The notes under the pieces: model-generated
The model's database searches: none
Told to the model about the DNA's origin: nothing
Seen by the model: only the letters and a program-made list of their open reading frames with translations
In this document: in pieces, positions 47,353 to 57,699 of the stretch
Position numbering within the stretch: position 1 is the first letter of the stretch
Layout of the letters: the number at the start of each line of letters is the position of its first letter
Translations under genes and position numbers: made by a program
DNA from: an uncultured archaeon
Lineage (GTDB): Archaea > Asgardarchaeota > Lokiarchaeia > Sigyniarchaeales > SOKP01
DNA length: 64,000 nucleotides
Reading direction: 5' to 3'
NCBI GenBank assembly: GCA_964486045.1
Contig: CAZALK010000002.1
Location: 128,001-192,000 of the forward strand

Positions 47353-48852
47353 TTAATTATAACAATTTATTTTTCTACTTCTAATAAATATTATTACTCC
47401 TATCAAAATAATACTTACAAATCCGACGGTTAAAAAAACTTCAATTCCTAATCCAATGATGTTTTCCGAAGCAGAATTACTTTTAATCCCGAAGGAGTAA
47501 TAAATATCCAATTCATTATTTCGACCATCTGTCCAAACAACATGGGGGATCATAGATTGATCAAGTCGAATAGTAAGATAATCTCCTGGTCTAAAGAAAG
47601 AACCGGAAGTTTCTTCACTTGCGATCGCGATTGGGGTATTAAAGACTGGATTATCTCGATTTTCCCCAGAAAAGTTAACTAAGCAATAGTAAGGTTTGAA
47701 ATTTCCATGAGATGGAGCGTTATAGTAGACAATATGTAAATTTCCATCAGAATCGATGTCCATATCAGGCATCCATTGATCTCCAGCGGTAATTGGATTT
47801 ACCTGAAAGCGATTACTCCAACTTCCACCAAAATCATCTGAATATCGGAGATAAACATCAATTGAATGATCTCTACTCTCAAATGTATCTGCCCATAATA
47901 AATAGAGCCTATCGTCCTGATCAGTTCGAAGAACTGGAATTGTAGCTTTACCTGAGCCAAAAAAGGAATAATTTCCATCAGTGTTAACAAAACTTTGGTT
48001 TTCAAAAGTAAATCCACCATCTAGACTACTGGTAAAGTAAAGATTCCCTCCTCCGCTTAGAATATCAAGCCAAGTTGATGCGATGTAGATGTTATTTTCA
48101 CTATTTAAGGTTATATATGGAGCAAGATGCCCATCTGATGGTTCTCCTAGTACAGAGATTTCTTGAAAGCTTTCTCCTTTATCTATTGAACGTGTTAATC
48201 GAATTGTTACGTTTCCTTCTGGAATACTAGCATCAGCATCATCATACACAACATAAATTGTTCCGTTATCATCGATATTCATTGTTTCTTTATCTGCAAA
48301 AAATGATCCATTTGACGCTGATGTGGTAGTCCACTCAGTTATATCACCACTACTTTTGGCTACAGTTACTTGAGATAAATAATTAGTTGTAAAAAATTGA
48401 AAATATTCGGGTTGCCATTCGATATATGCGTAGTAGATACTCTGATTATGCCAAATTAGCCACGGATCTGATTGATCGGTATTTAACCCATTATACATTG
48501 GCATGTCAAATGGAACTGTCCAAGAAACTCCTTTATCTGTAGATTTTACGATACTTACATGTCTTCCTCCACCACTGTGAGTATCTGCGTTCTTCCAGCC
48601 TACAAAAAGTACCCCCGTTTCACTAACAGCGATCGTTGGTTCTACGTGATGATCCCAATTACTATCATCTGTTGATAATAATGCATTCTTGGAAAATCCT
48701 TCAGTTTGAAAAGAAATATCTTGAGCGGATCTTGGTGAACCAATATTTAGATAATTTGCTAAATCGGTGGAATGTAAAAATCCAATAGGTAACATCATAA
48801 AAGCTAAAATTAAGATGAATATTAATTTATACTGCTTTTTAAATTTGAACAT
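47353..48852 (-). CDS. Secreted, membrane-anchored BNR/Asp-box (sialidase-fold) protein
   Basis: Signal peptide; STDKGVSW, SIDKGESF, SLDGGFTF, SDDFGGSW; C-terminal TM. Confidence 0.88.
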   Translation of the reverse strand: MFKFKKQYKLIFILILAFMMLPIGFLHSTDLANYLNIGSPRSAQDISFQTEGFSKNALLSTDDSNWDHHVEPTIAVSETGVLFVGWKNADTHSGGGRHVSIVKSTDKGVSWTVPFDMPMYNGLNTDQSDPWLIWHNQSIYYAYIEWQPEYFQFFTTNYLSQVTVAKSSGDITEWTTTSASNGSFFADKETMNIDDNGTIYVVYDDADASIPEGNVTIRLTRSIDKGESFQEISVLGEPSDGHLAPYITLNSENNIYIASTWLDILSGGGNLYFTSSLDGGFTFENQSFVNTDGNYSFFGSGKATIPVLRTDQDDRLYLLWADTFESRDHSIDVYLRYSDDFGGSWSNRFQVNPITAGDQWMPDMDIDSDGNLHIVYYNAPSHGNFKPYYCLVNFSGENRDNPVFNTPIAIASEETSGSFFRPGDYLTIRLDQSMIPHVVWTDGRNNELDIYYSFGIKSNSASENIIGLGIEVFLTVGFVSIILIGVIIFIRSRKINCYN

Positions 48853-48938
48853 TCGACTTATCAGACTCCTTTAGAAGCTTCACATAAATTTAATCTTAAA
48901 ATTTTTAATAAGAACTTAGGATTTATTTTTACTTTATG

Positions 48939-49667
48939 CTATTTTAAAACAAAATACATTCTTCTGTTATTTTTTCCTTTATTAACGGTCTTAATTACTT
49001 CAATTTTACCGATTTCTTTAAGATGTTTGACATGAGTCCCTCCATCCACTTGTTTATCAATATCTCCAATTTTGACAATACGAAATTCCTCAATTTCTTT
49101 AGGTAATCCTACAGCTAAGCGGGCTAATTCAGGTTTTTCCAGAACTTCGTGTTTTGACATATAATCTATTGTAATAGGTAAATTTTGATTTATGATTTTA
49201 TTGACTTCATCTACATAAGCTCGTAATTTATCCGGTGAATAATCGATCATCGAAAAATCCATTCTGGATTTATCCATCTCAATCTGATTACCTGTAATCT
49301 TAGCATTAGCTCTTTTATAAAGGATATTTGAAATTAGATGACAAGCGGTATGGTATCGCATGAAGTTGTACCTTCGATTCCAGTCAATTTCACAAGATAC
49401 TTCATCTCCTTCTTTTAGGCCAACTTCATCTACTTCATGACTAATTTTTCCAGAGAATTTGCCAACATAGACTACATTAAATTTCTTATCATCTTTGGTT
49501 ATAATCCCTTCGTCCCAAGGTTGACCACCCCCGTTGGGATAAAAAGCGGTTTTATCAAGGGTGACAAATTTTCCGTCTTTCACACTGGTAATTATGGCAT
49601 TCCAGGTTTTAAGATAAGAATCATCCATATATAATGATTTTACCATAAAAAGGAAGAAAGTAAACAA
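48939..49667 (-). CDS. alaXM: AlaX-M alanyl-tRNA editing protein
   Basis: TAFYPNGGGQP.D.G, HTACH, DGGTHV, NKGK.NRR. Confidence 0.88.
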   Translation of the reverse strand: MFTFFLFMVKSLYMDDSYLKTWNAIITSVKDGKFVTLDKTAFYPNGGGQPWDEGIITKDDKKFNVVYVGKFSGKISHEVDEVGLKEGDEVSCEIDWNRRYNFMRYHTACHLISNILYKRANAKITGNQIEMDKSRMDFSMIDYSPDKLRAYVDEVNKIINQNLPITIDYMSKHEVLEKPELARLAVGLPKEIEEFRIVKIGDIDKQVDGGTHVKHLKEIGKIEVIKTVNKGKNNRRMYFVLK

Positions 49668-49690
49668 ACTTAAAATTTTAACTTAAAAAT

Positions 49691-49849
49691 TTAATCATTT
49701 TCATGAATTTCTGATGGTTTAACTCCATCAAACAATTCTAGTTTTAAGAAACTCTTTTCTTTTTTACAATTAGGGCAAAAATATGAACCAGGCTCCTTAT
49801 TCTTAAAACTAAAACCACATTCTTTACATACAGCGTAAAACAAAAACAT
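49691..49849 (-). CDS. Zinc-ribbon microprotein (52 aa)
   Basis: MFLFYAVCKECGFSFKNKEPGSYFCPNCKKEKSFLKLELFDGVKPSEIHEND; paralog adjacent. Confidence 0.8.
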   Translation of the reverse strand: MFLFYAVCKECGFSFKNKEPGSYFCPNCKKEKSFLKLELFDGVKPSEIHEND

Positions 49850-49876
49850 TTAATAATAATAAATAGGAATTGCTAT

Positions 49877-50029
49877 TTAATTTACCTCATGAAGTTCATT
49901 TGGTTTAGCACCACAAAAAGCTTCAAATTTAATAAATTTCATTTGTTTTGAGCAATTAGGGCAATAATACTTACCTGGTTCTTTATTTTCAAAGGAGTAT
50001 CCACATTTTTTACAAACTATTGCATTCAT
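49877..50029 (-). CDS. Zinc-ribbon microprotein (50 aa)
   Basis: MNAIVCKKCGYSFENKEPGKYYCPNCSKQMKFIKFEAFCGAKPNELHEVN; GGGGA upstream. Confidence 0.8.
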   Translation of the reverse strand: MNAIVCKKCGYSFENKEPGKYYCPNCSKQMKFIKFEAFCGAKPNELHEVN

Positions 50030-50232
50030 ATCATAAATATCCCCAATAGGATTTTAAAAAGTTCTTATTATGAAATAATTAGACTTTAAATTTCAGATAT
50101 ACTTTTGATAAGTCATTTACAATCAAAATAAATAAATTAAAAGTGTTGTATAATTAATTTATAACTGATATTTGAATATACTTAAAAATATAATCAAAAT
50201 ATATTCAAAATATATGATATTAAGTTTTTTTC

Positions 50233-51270
50233 ATGAAATCTGTAGAATTGGCTGGTACTAAATTCGAAATAAAGGATGGTTTTCTTGATTTAGGTCTTTT
50301 AGATATTAAAGATATTGAAGAGATAATCGGTTTAGATAAGGTTAAAGATTTAAAAAATCTAGAACTTAGTTCTAACGAAATAATTGTGATAAGAAGATTA
50401 GAAAGCCTTGATGAGTTAGAGATTTTAAATTTAGGAAGTAATAAAATTAGAGAAATAAAAGGATTAGATAATCTACAGAACCTTGAAATTCTTCATTTAA
50501 TTAGCAATCAAATAAGAGAAATTAAAGGGTTAGAAAATTTAACTAGCTTAAAAGAATTATATCTTAGAGGAAATCAGATAGAAGAGTTAAAAGGATTAGA
50601 AAAGCTTACATCTCTAGAGAGATTAGATTTATCTTGGAATAACATTTCAAAAATCAACGGTCTTGAAAATTTGAATAAACTCGAAGTTCTCTGGATTGCT
50701 GGAAATCGTTTGCTAAATATTGAAAATCTAGAAAATTTAGAAAACTTAGAAGTATTAAACCTGGCAGGCAATCAAATATCAAATATAGAAGGCTTACAAA
50801 ACTTAAAGAATTTAAAAAATATTTATATTAATAACAATTCAATTAAGGAGATTAAAGGGTTTGAGGCTTTGGAACAATTAGAAACAATCTGGCTTAACTC
50901 TAACCATATTTCAGAAATTAGAGGATTAGACAATTGCAAGAATTTAAGAATCTTAAACTTAAAACAAAACATGATAAAACATATTAGAGGATTATATTCC
51001 TTAACAAACTTAGAAAATCTCTTTCTTTCCGAGAATAACATAGGGGAAATCAAAGGTCTTGAACCTTTAACAAAATTAGAAACTGTTGATCTTGGTCAAA
51101 ATCGTATTATTCAAGTTAAAGGTTTGGAATCTCTAATGAACCTAAAAGACTTATGGTTGGCTGATAACCTAATCCCCCAGGAAATGGTCGACCAACTGGG
51201 AGGTTTAGACTCGGGGGGATGTGCAAACGATCCATTACAATTTGTTCAATATTGTCTTGTGAATCTATGA
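50233..51270 (+). CDS. SDS22-like leucine-rich repeat protein
   Basis: About 13 regular 22-aa LxxLxLxxNxIxxIxGLxxL repeats. Confidence 0.93.
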   Translation: MKSVELAGTKFEIKDGFLDLGLLDIKDIEEIIGLDKVKDLKNLELSSNEIIVIRRLESLDELEILNLGSNKIREIKGLDNLQNLEILHLISNQIREIKGLENLTSLKELYLRGNQIEELKGLEKLTSLERLDLSWNNISKINGLENLNKLEVLWIAGNRLLNIENLENLENLEVLNLAGNQISNIEGLQNLKNLKNIYINNNSIKEIKGFEALEQLETIWLNSNHISEIRGLDNCKNLRILNLKQNMIKHIRGLYSLTNLENLFLSENNIGEIKGLEPLTKLETVDLGQNRIIQVKGLESLMNLKDLWLADNLIPQEMVDQLGGLDSGGCANDPLQFVQYCLVNL

Positions 51271-51347
51271 TTAGGACATCTTTTCGAAAAAATATATCTT
51301 ACCAAATAAATTAATTAGATTATCTTTATATTATTGGGGCAATGTGA

Positions 51348-52607
51348 GTGAAATTGAGAGATATTAACCCTTTTGAAAGTGCGAAAAAGAAACTTGATAT
51401 AGCTGCGAATGTGATTGATTTAGATGAAAATACTTTAAAGTATTTAAAGAAAGTGGAACGTAGTTTAATAGTTTCTATACCTGTGGTAATGGATAACGGA
51501 TCTCTTCAGATTTTTGAAGGTTACAGAGTTCATCATTCTACATTGCGCGGGCCTGGCAAAGGTGGTTTAAGATATTCACCCGATGTAACTCTTGATGAAA
51601 TTAAGGCATTAGCTTTCCTGATGACTTTTAAAACGAGCTTGTTAGAATTACCTTTAGGTGGTTCAAAAGGCGGAGTTCGTGTTGATAAAAAAAAGTTATC
51701 CTTAAACGAATTGAGACATCTCACGAGAAGATATACTTCAGAAATCTTAAACATGATTGGGGAAGATATTGACATTTTAGCTCCAGATATGAATACAGGA
51801 GAGCAGGAAATGGCCTGGATTATGGATACTTATTCAATGAATAAAGGTAAGCCATCTCCGGGTGTAGTTACAGGAAAGCCTATAGAGATAGGGGGGACAG
51901 TCGGACGTACCGACGCACCTGGGACGGGAATGTTTTATATTCTTGAAACCTTATGTGAAAGGCAAAATTTCAGTTTAAAATCTAGTAAAGTTGCTATTCA
52001 AGGTTTCGGAAAAGTTGGGAAGGTTGTTGCTCAAATTTTAAATAATGTAGGTTGTAATATTATTGCCATCACTGATTCAGAAGGTGGAGTTTATTCTGAT
52101 AAAGGTTTAAACATAAATAAACTAATCAATTGGAAACAAAAAGGTAACTCATTAAAGGATCACGAAAGGAGTAATATTAAAGTCATAACGAATGAAGAAT
52201 TACTATGTACAAAATGTGATATACTCATTCCTGCTGCAATAGAGAACCAGATTTTTAGTAAGAATGCTGATAATATTGACTGCAAAATTATATTAGAAGG
52301 TGCAAACAGTCCAACCACATCTCAAGCAGATGAGATACTAAAAGAAAAAGGAATAATTATTATCCCAGATATTTTGGCTAACGCAGGTGGTTTATGTGTG
52401 TCATATTTCGAATATATTCAAGATCTACATTCATACTTTTGGAACCTTGAAAGAGTTAATAGAGAGATGAAAAGAATTTTGCTCAGAGCTTTTGAATCAA
52501 TCTTAAATTTATCAAGCGAAAAAGAAATAACATATAGAACAGCTGCATACATTATTGGAGCAGAAAGATTAGCAAAAGCACATGAGTTAAGGGGACTATT
52601 TCCATGA
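51348..52607 (+). CDS. gdhA: Glutamate dehydrogenase (Glu/Leu/Phe/Val DH), copy 1
   Basis: RGPGKGG, GGSKGG, APDMNT, TGKP, GFGKVG, NAGG..VSYFE. Confidence 0.9.
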   Translation: MKLRDINPFESAKKKLDIAANVIDLDENTLKYLKKVERSLIVSIPVVMDNGSLQIFEGYRVHHSTLRGPGKGGLRYSPDVTLDEIKALAFLMTFKTSLLELPLGGSKGGVRVDKKKLSLNELRHLTRRYTSEILNMIGEDIDILAPDMNTGEQEMAWIMDTYSMNKGKPSPGVVTGKPIEIGGTVGRTDAPGTGMFYILETLCERQNFSLKSSKVAIQGFGKVGKVVAQILNNVGCNIIAITDSEGGVYSDKGLNINKLINWKQKGNSLKDHERSNIKVITNEELLCTKCDILIPAAIENQIFSKNADNIDCKIILEGANSPTTSQADEILKEKGIIIIPDILANAGGLCVSYFEYIQDLHSYFWNLERVNREMKRILLRAFESILNLSSEKEITYRTAAYIIGAERLAKAHELRGLFP

Positions 52608-52638
52608 TAAGAAAAAAATGCAAAAAAGGTGAAATAGC

Positions 52639-53889
52639 TTGGAATTAAATCCTTTTGAAGTAGCAAAGGAGCAAATTGATATCGTGGCCAAAGAGATGGG
52701 ATTAGATCCTAATATAACTCGATACCTCAAGAAAATTGAGAAAGCATTAATCGTGTCCATTCCAATAATGATGGACAATGGTTCTCTTCAGATTTTTGAA
52801 GGTTATAGAGTTCATCATTCGACAGTTCGAGGACCAGGAAAGGGAGGTATAAGATATGCTCCAAATGTGAATCTTGATGAAGTGAAGGCTTTAGCTACTT
52901 GGATGACATGGAAATGTAGTCTCTTAAAATTACCCTTTGGAGGAGCTAAAGGAGGAATCTGTGTAAATCCTAGAGAATTATCAAAGAAGGAATTAGAAAA
53001 ACTTACGAGGAGATATGCATCCGAGATTATTAACTTTATTGGACCTAATATCGATGTCCCTGCTCCAGATGTTAATACAAATGCACAGATCATGGCTTGG
53101 ATTATGGATACTTACAGTATGAACAAGGGGAGGGCTGTACCAGGAGTCGTTACTGGAAAACCGGTGGAAATTGGTGGCTCAGTCGGAAGAAATTCTGCGA
53201 CAGGGAGGGGTCTATACTTTGTTATTGACGCAATGTGTAAGAAATTAAATATAAGCTTGGAATCACAAAAAATTATTATTCAAGGTTTTGGAAACGTTGG
53301 AGGTTGGATAGCAAATCTTTTATACGAACGAGGTTGTAAAATTTTAGCAGTTTCTGATATATCTAGTGGAATATATTATTCAGAAGGATTAGAAATAAAT
53401 AAATTATTAGATTGGGTTCATAGTGGCAATTTTTTGAAGGATTATAAAGATCAGAGATATAAATTGATTTCAAATAATGATCTTCTTACAAGCGATTGCG
53501 ATATCCTAATTCCTGCAGCTCTAGAAAACCAGATAACAGAAGCAAATGCCAATGAGATTAGATGTAAGATTGTTCTAGAAGGTGCAAATGGACCAACAAC
53601 ACCAGAAGCAGATAAAATTCTATTTAACAAAGGAATTCATTTGATCCCAGATATTCTTTCCAACGCAGGAGGGGTATGTGTTTCTTATTTTGAATATGTT
53701 CAAGATATACGTGCTTACTTCTGGGATTTAGATCGTATTAATAAGGAACTAAAAAGAATGATTCTAGAAGCATTTGAGGAAGTATATAAATTACATAAAA
53801 TGAGAGAAATACCTCTCCGTACAGCAGCCTATATAATTGCAGTGCAAAGAATTGCTAGAGCAATAGAATTAAGGGGAATCTTTCCTTAA
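52639..53889 (+). CDS. gdhA: Glutamate dehydrogenase, copy 2
   Basis: MTWKC, GGAKGG, PAPDVNT, GGSVGR..ATGRG, GFGNVG, EGANGP. Confidence 0.93.
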   Translation: MELNPFEVAKEQIDIVAKEMGLDPNITRYLKKIEKALIVSIPIMMDNGSLQIFEGYRVHHSTVRGPGKGGIRYAPNVNLDEVKALATWMTWKCSLLKLPFGGAKGGICVNPRELSKKELEKLTRRYASEIINFIGPNIDVPAPDVNTNAQIMAWIMDTYSMNKGRAVPGVVTGKPVEIGGSVGRNSATGRGLYFVIDAMCKKLNISLESQKIIIQGFGNVGGWIANLLYERGCKILAVSDISSGIYYSEGLEINKLLDWVHSGNFLKDYKDQRYKLISNNDLLTSDCDILIPAALENQITEANANEIRCKIVLEGANGPTTPEADKILFNKGIHLIPDILSNAGGVCVSYFEYVQDIRAYFWDLDRINKELKRMILEAFEEVYKLHKMREIPLRTAAYIIAVQRIARAIELRGIFP

Positions 53890-53895
53890 TTGTAA

Positions 53896-55401
53896 TTAAC
53901 TAGTAATAGAATAATCAGTTTCCCCAGTGATTCTATTTACAATTAAATATCTAGATCTCATCCTTGAGCTGTTAGTTTCTATATAATTTAGTATTTTGAT
54001 CTCAACTTCTTTAGGAAATAAGTAATGAGCAAAGTGTAAAGTATTTTCCTTTAACTTAATACAATTGAATAATCTTAGGCTTTCAATCGAATAAAATAAT
54101 TCACTTAATAAATCCATGTTCATATACTCGGAAAATTCGAGAAACTCTAAATTTCTATAAATCTTAGAAACCAAATTATCTAGTAGATTGCCAGTGGTTA
54201 AAGATTTTAGTTTTTCAAGGTTGTTGTTTATATAATAACTGAAAATAACGTAATAGCTTGCTTCTGAAGAATAAAACCCATTACGATTTTGCATAATTCC
54301 ATTTGGTGTTATTCTCTTTTCAATCTCGTCGTAAATAGCATCAATTTTTTTTTCATCTACATTATCTAAATATTCTAAAAATGCAAGAATCGCCAAAATA
54401 TTTGAGAGTTGAGATGTTTCCATATTTTCGAAATGGTACAATTCTAATCCTTCAGGTTCAAATTTAATAATATTTTTAATTTGATCATCCGTTAACCTTA
54501 ATTTAGCTAAAGATGTTGACTTTAAGAAAAAATATATCTGATTTGTGGCTTCGATTATTGGAACATCAAATTCATCTAAATGATCCTGATATAAATCTGA
54601 TAAAAAATCTTTAATCCCCTTATGATCAAAATTTACTTTTAACTCGTTAGCTAAGTATAACGCGCAATAACAAAGATCTGGATTTTTTAAAGAGATTAAA
54701 GGAATTTGCTCCATACAATCTTCAAAGTGATCTTTTAGAAACTCTTTTATATGAGTGAAATTGTAAAAATATTGAATATCGAAAGATTCTATAATTTTAT
54801 AGGTCAAATATATTAATTGCACCTTATTTTGTAAATTATCTAAATCTTCTAAGCGTTCAATTTTCTCTTTATTTTCACAGAATTTTATAATAATTTTATC
54901 TCGGATTCGAATATATCTTCTCAATTTTTCTAGCTTTTCAGGAGTTTCTTCAAATAAATTTTTTAAATTCCTTAATTCAATGAGAAAATCAAGAGTAAGT
55001 ATCCCTTTAGTTTTAAAATTTAATAGTATTGGAACTCCTCTATCATCCACTAGATAAAAGATCACCTGTTCCAAGATTACTTCATAGATTAATGGCGCTA
55101 TCTTTTTTGTGTAGAGTTCGAATATTGAAGAAATTTTTCTGTTTTCTTCAATTTTGAGAGTTAAGAATTTATCTGAAAATCTATTTTGAACCTTGGCACG
55201 GTATAATCCTAACCAAACAAACTCATCAACAAAAATCAGAATTATTTCTTTAAGAGCTTTTTCTAGATTATTTTCTATGTTTTGATTACTTTTTATAAAA
55301 TTATTTATCTTCTCAAGAAAATACTTATCAACATTATCGTAGAATATATCTAATCCATTAAAATATAATTCCAAAACCTTAAATAATCCTTGAAATATCA
55401 T
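53896..55401 (-). CDS. Hypothetical alpha-helical protein
   Basis: 501-aa ORF with no recognised motif. Confidence 0.7.
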   Translation of the reverse strand: MIFQGLFKVLELYFNGLDIFYDNVDKYFLEKINNFIKSNQNIENNLEKALKEIILIFVDEFVWLGLYRAKVQNRFSDKFLTLKIEENRKISSIFELYTKKIAPLIYEVILEQVIFYLVDDRGVPILLNFKTKGILTLDFLIELRNLKNLFEETPEKLEKLRRYIRIRDKIIIKFCENKEKIERLEDLDNLQNKVQLIYLTYKIIESFDIQYFYNFTHIKEFLKDHFEDCMEQIPLISLKNPDLCYCALYLANELKVNFDHKGIKDFLSDLYQDHLDEFDVPIIEATNQIYFFLKSTSLAKLRLTDDQIKNIIKFEPEGLELYHFENMETSQLSNILAILAFLEYLDNVDEKKIDAIYDEIEKRITPNGIMQNRNGFYSSEASYYVIFSYYINNNLEKLKSLTTGNLLDNLVSKIYRNLEFLEFSEYMNMDLLSELFYSIESLRLFNCIKLKENTLHFAHYLFPKEVEIKILNYIETNSSRMRSRYLIVNRITGETDYSITS

Positions 55402-55924
55402 TTTAAAAAATCTTCTCTTTTCAGAAATTTTTGAGAGATATTCTTAACCGGAATTAATTTCCTTGGCTTTTTTTAATTTTATAATATTTTATTAACTACT
55501 CCAAAATCCTTAATATTATATAAATATTACTCACATATAAATCTTAATAACGACTTTTCGATTTGGAGCAAAATTATTAAAGATATTAATGAAATTGTCT
55601 ATAAAAGCTTTATAATGGCTCCAATCTTTTAAAATAAGGAATATTTCATAATGTAAAAGTAAAATTTTGAACGATATTGATGAATAGAAAAGATCAAAAT
55701 TGCTTTTCTCATCAAAATTTTTTATTAAATTGAGGAAAACCATTAATCTTTGGAAAATTCTTAATTATAAATCAAGTAACATTTAGAATTAGTACAATTA
55801 TTTTTTTTTCAAAAGTAGTTGGCGTATAGAAAGTATCATCAAACAGTTTGGGATTCTAATTAGTTATAACCAATAAAAAAAAATTTGTATTAAGAGTATT
55901 GCGTAATAAGAGTTGCTTTATTTT

Positions 55925-56833
55925 TTAAGACGTTAAATCTAATTTGAAAAACTTGATTGCATTCTCAATGGTCTTTTCACTTACTAGGTTTTGGGAAATT
56001 TTATGGGAGTTAGCAATTGCTGCTATAGCATATCGCACATTGGAAGGGACGTTAATCGGCCCTCTTTTATAAGGGTGCTGGTAGTATGAATCTGTCTCAG
56101 TTACAAGTGAATCCAAAGGTGATAATCTTGTCGCTTTTTGCCATCTATTAAAGCCAAAAGCAGAACTTGGAACAGAAAGTATAAAACCTTGATTAGGAAG
56201 TGTTCTACCATATACTTCCGGTCCTGAAAAGCAATGCCACATTACTCTGTGAGGAGAAATATTATATTCTTCTAAAATAGCAAGGATTTCTTTATTTGCG
56301 CCATCATTTTTATTGTATCTGTGTTTTGGATGCTTTTTATCAAACTCATGTTCAGCAGCATTTCTCACATGCAAAACATAAGGTTTATCAAAATCCTTAG
56401 TAAACTCTAAAATTTTTCTAAAAACTTCGACTTGCTTGTTTCTTGTTTCCAATGTTTTAGCGTGATGAAAATCAAGTCCTATTTCACCAATTGCTAAAAA
56501 TTCATTATTATTATTTCTTACATAATCTACCCACGCCTTCCATTCTATATCATAAATATCCTTAGGAGTGTAGGTAACTGTTTGAGGAGCCCACCCGCAA
56601 GTAAAACCGAAATTCTTATCAATATTTTTTTTAAAATTCAAGGTAAGATTTAATGTATGAAAATCTATCGTGCTAGAAATAAGATATTTTCCACCCATTT
56701 TAAAATAATTTGAAAATTGTTCTCGGTCTGATGGGAGTTGATCATTTTTAGGGCGTGGAAAAGGTATATGACAATGAACATCTATGAAATTAATGTTTTG
56801 TTCAGGTGTTTGTGTAGATATCTTTTTTGGCAT
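55925..56833 (-). CDS. tatD: TatD-family hydrolase
   Basis: DVHCH, AIGEIGLD, LHVR, HCFSG, ETD. Confidence 0.9.
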   Translation of the reverse strand: MPKKISTQTPEQNINFIDVHCHIPFPRPKNDQLPSDREQFSNYFKMGGKYLISSTIDFHTLNLTLNFKKNIDKNFGFTCGWAPQTVTYTPKDIYDIEWKAWVDYVRNNNNEFLAIGEIGLDFHHAKTLETRNKQVEVFRKILEFTKDFDKPYVLHVRNAAEHEFDKKHPKHRYNKNDGANKEILAILEEYNISPHRVMWHCFSGPEVYGRTLPNQGFILSVPSSAFGFNRWQKATRLSPLDSLVTETDSYYQHPYKRGPINVPSNVRYAIAAIANSHKISQNLVSEKTIENAIKFFKLDLTS

Positions 56834-57001
56834 ATTTAATATCTTAAATTTTCAACTGCTTTGGATAATTGAAATAATTTTAAAGATTTAATTTTTGTTT
56901 TAATAATACCTAAGTGGGAAAAACTAGATCCAAAAAAAAATCTCTAATTCCTAAATAGATTCAACTAATTCTTTAAATAGTGTCTTTTATTTAAGAGTAA
57001 C

Positions 57002-57415
57002 ATGAGTAGTCAATTAAAATCTAAACTTGAAGAGTTAGAAATAAAGAAGAATGCTATAAAGTCAAAAATTGATGAGATTAATACCAAAAGAGATGAAGAA
57101 ATCAAAACAGTTAATAATAAATATGACCATATGGTTTATGAGATAAATTATGAAATCCAAAAATTCGAAAATGAGATTTTCAATGAAATGATAAGATCAT
57201 TTGTTGAAATAGCTTCAAAGGAGTTAGATATTAAAAGAAGTTCGGATATGTATTCTGTTTCGGATGAATTCAAAGAATATAGAGAGAAAATAGCAAGATT
57301 TGAGACCTTTCCAGAGGAATTAGTTGAAAAACTACATAGAGTAGTACATGGTGATCCAATAGAAAATATCATATATGAACTTGAAGATATTAAAAAGAAG
57401 TATTTAAGAGGATAA
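57002..57415 (+). CDS. Hypothetical coiled-coil protein
   Basis: 137-aa E/K-rich ORF. Confidence 0.7.
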   Translation: MSSQLKSKLEELEIKKNAIKSKIDEINTKRDEEIKTVNNKYDHMVYEINYEIQKFENEIFNEMIRSFVEIASKELDIKRSSDMYSVSDEFKEYREKIARFETFPEELVEKLHRVVHGDPIENIIYELEDIKKKYLRG

Positions 57416-57526
57416 TTTACAATTAAAATTAATTTCAGTCAAATAAATACGATGGTCAAAATTTCTTGAGTATATTATATAGGTATTACACAGATAAATA
57501 TGTTCAATTGGACCATATGAAATGTA

Positions 57527-57694
57527 ATGAATATTGAAGGTAATAATGATATGGAACTTTTTGAAGAGGAGGTCGAGATTTATAATTCAAAAATGCGATT
57601 ACTAAATTGGTTGTATGACGAAATTAGGATACATCCGGTAGGGTTCAAGGATATGGTTAATGAAAAAGGTCAAACACTATCACTTAACCTCTAA
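57527..57694 (+). CDS. Small hypothetical protein (55 aa)
   Basis: MNIEGNNDMELFEEEVEIYNSKMRLLNWLYDEIRIHPVGFKDMVNEKGQTLSLNL fills the intergenic gap. Confidence 0.4.
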   Translation: MNIEGNNDMELFEEEVEIYNSKMRLLNWLYDEIRIHPVGFKDMVNEKGQTLSLNL

Positions 57695-57699
57695 AACGT

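Noticed and set aside
50233-51270. 66-bp periodicity suggesting a CRISPR or tandem DNA repeat
   Set aside because: It is LRR protein periodicity with degenerate codons; there are no identical repeats with spacers.
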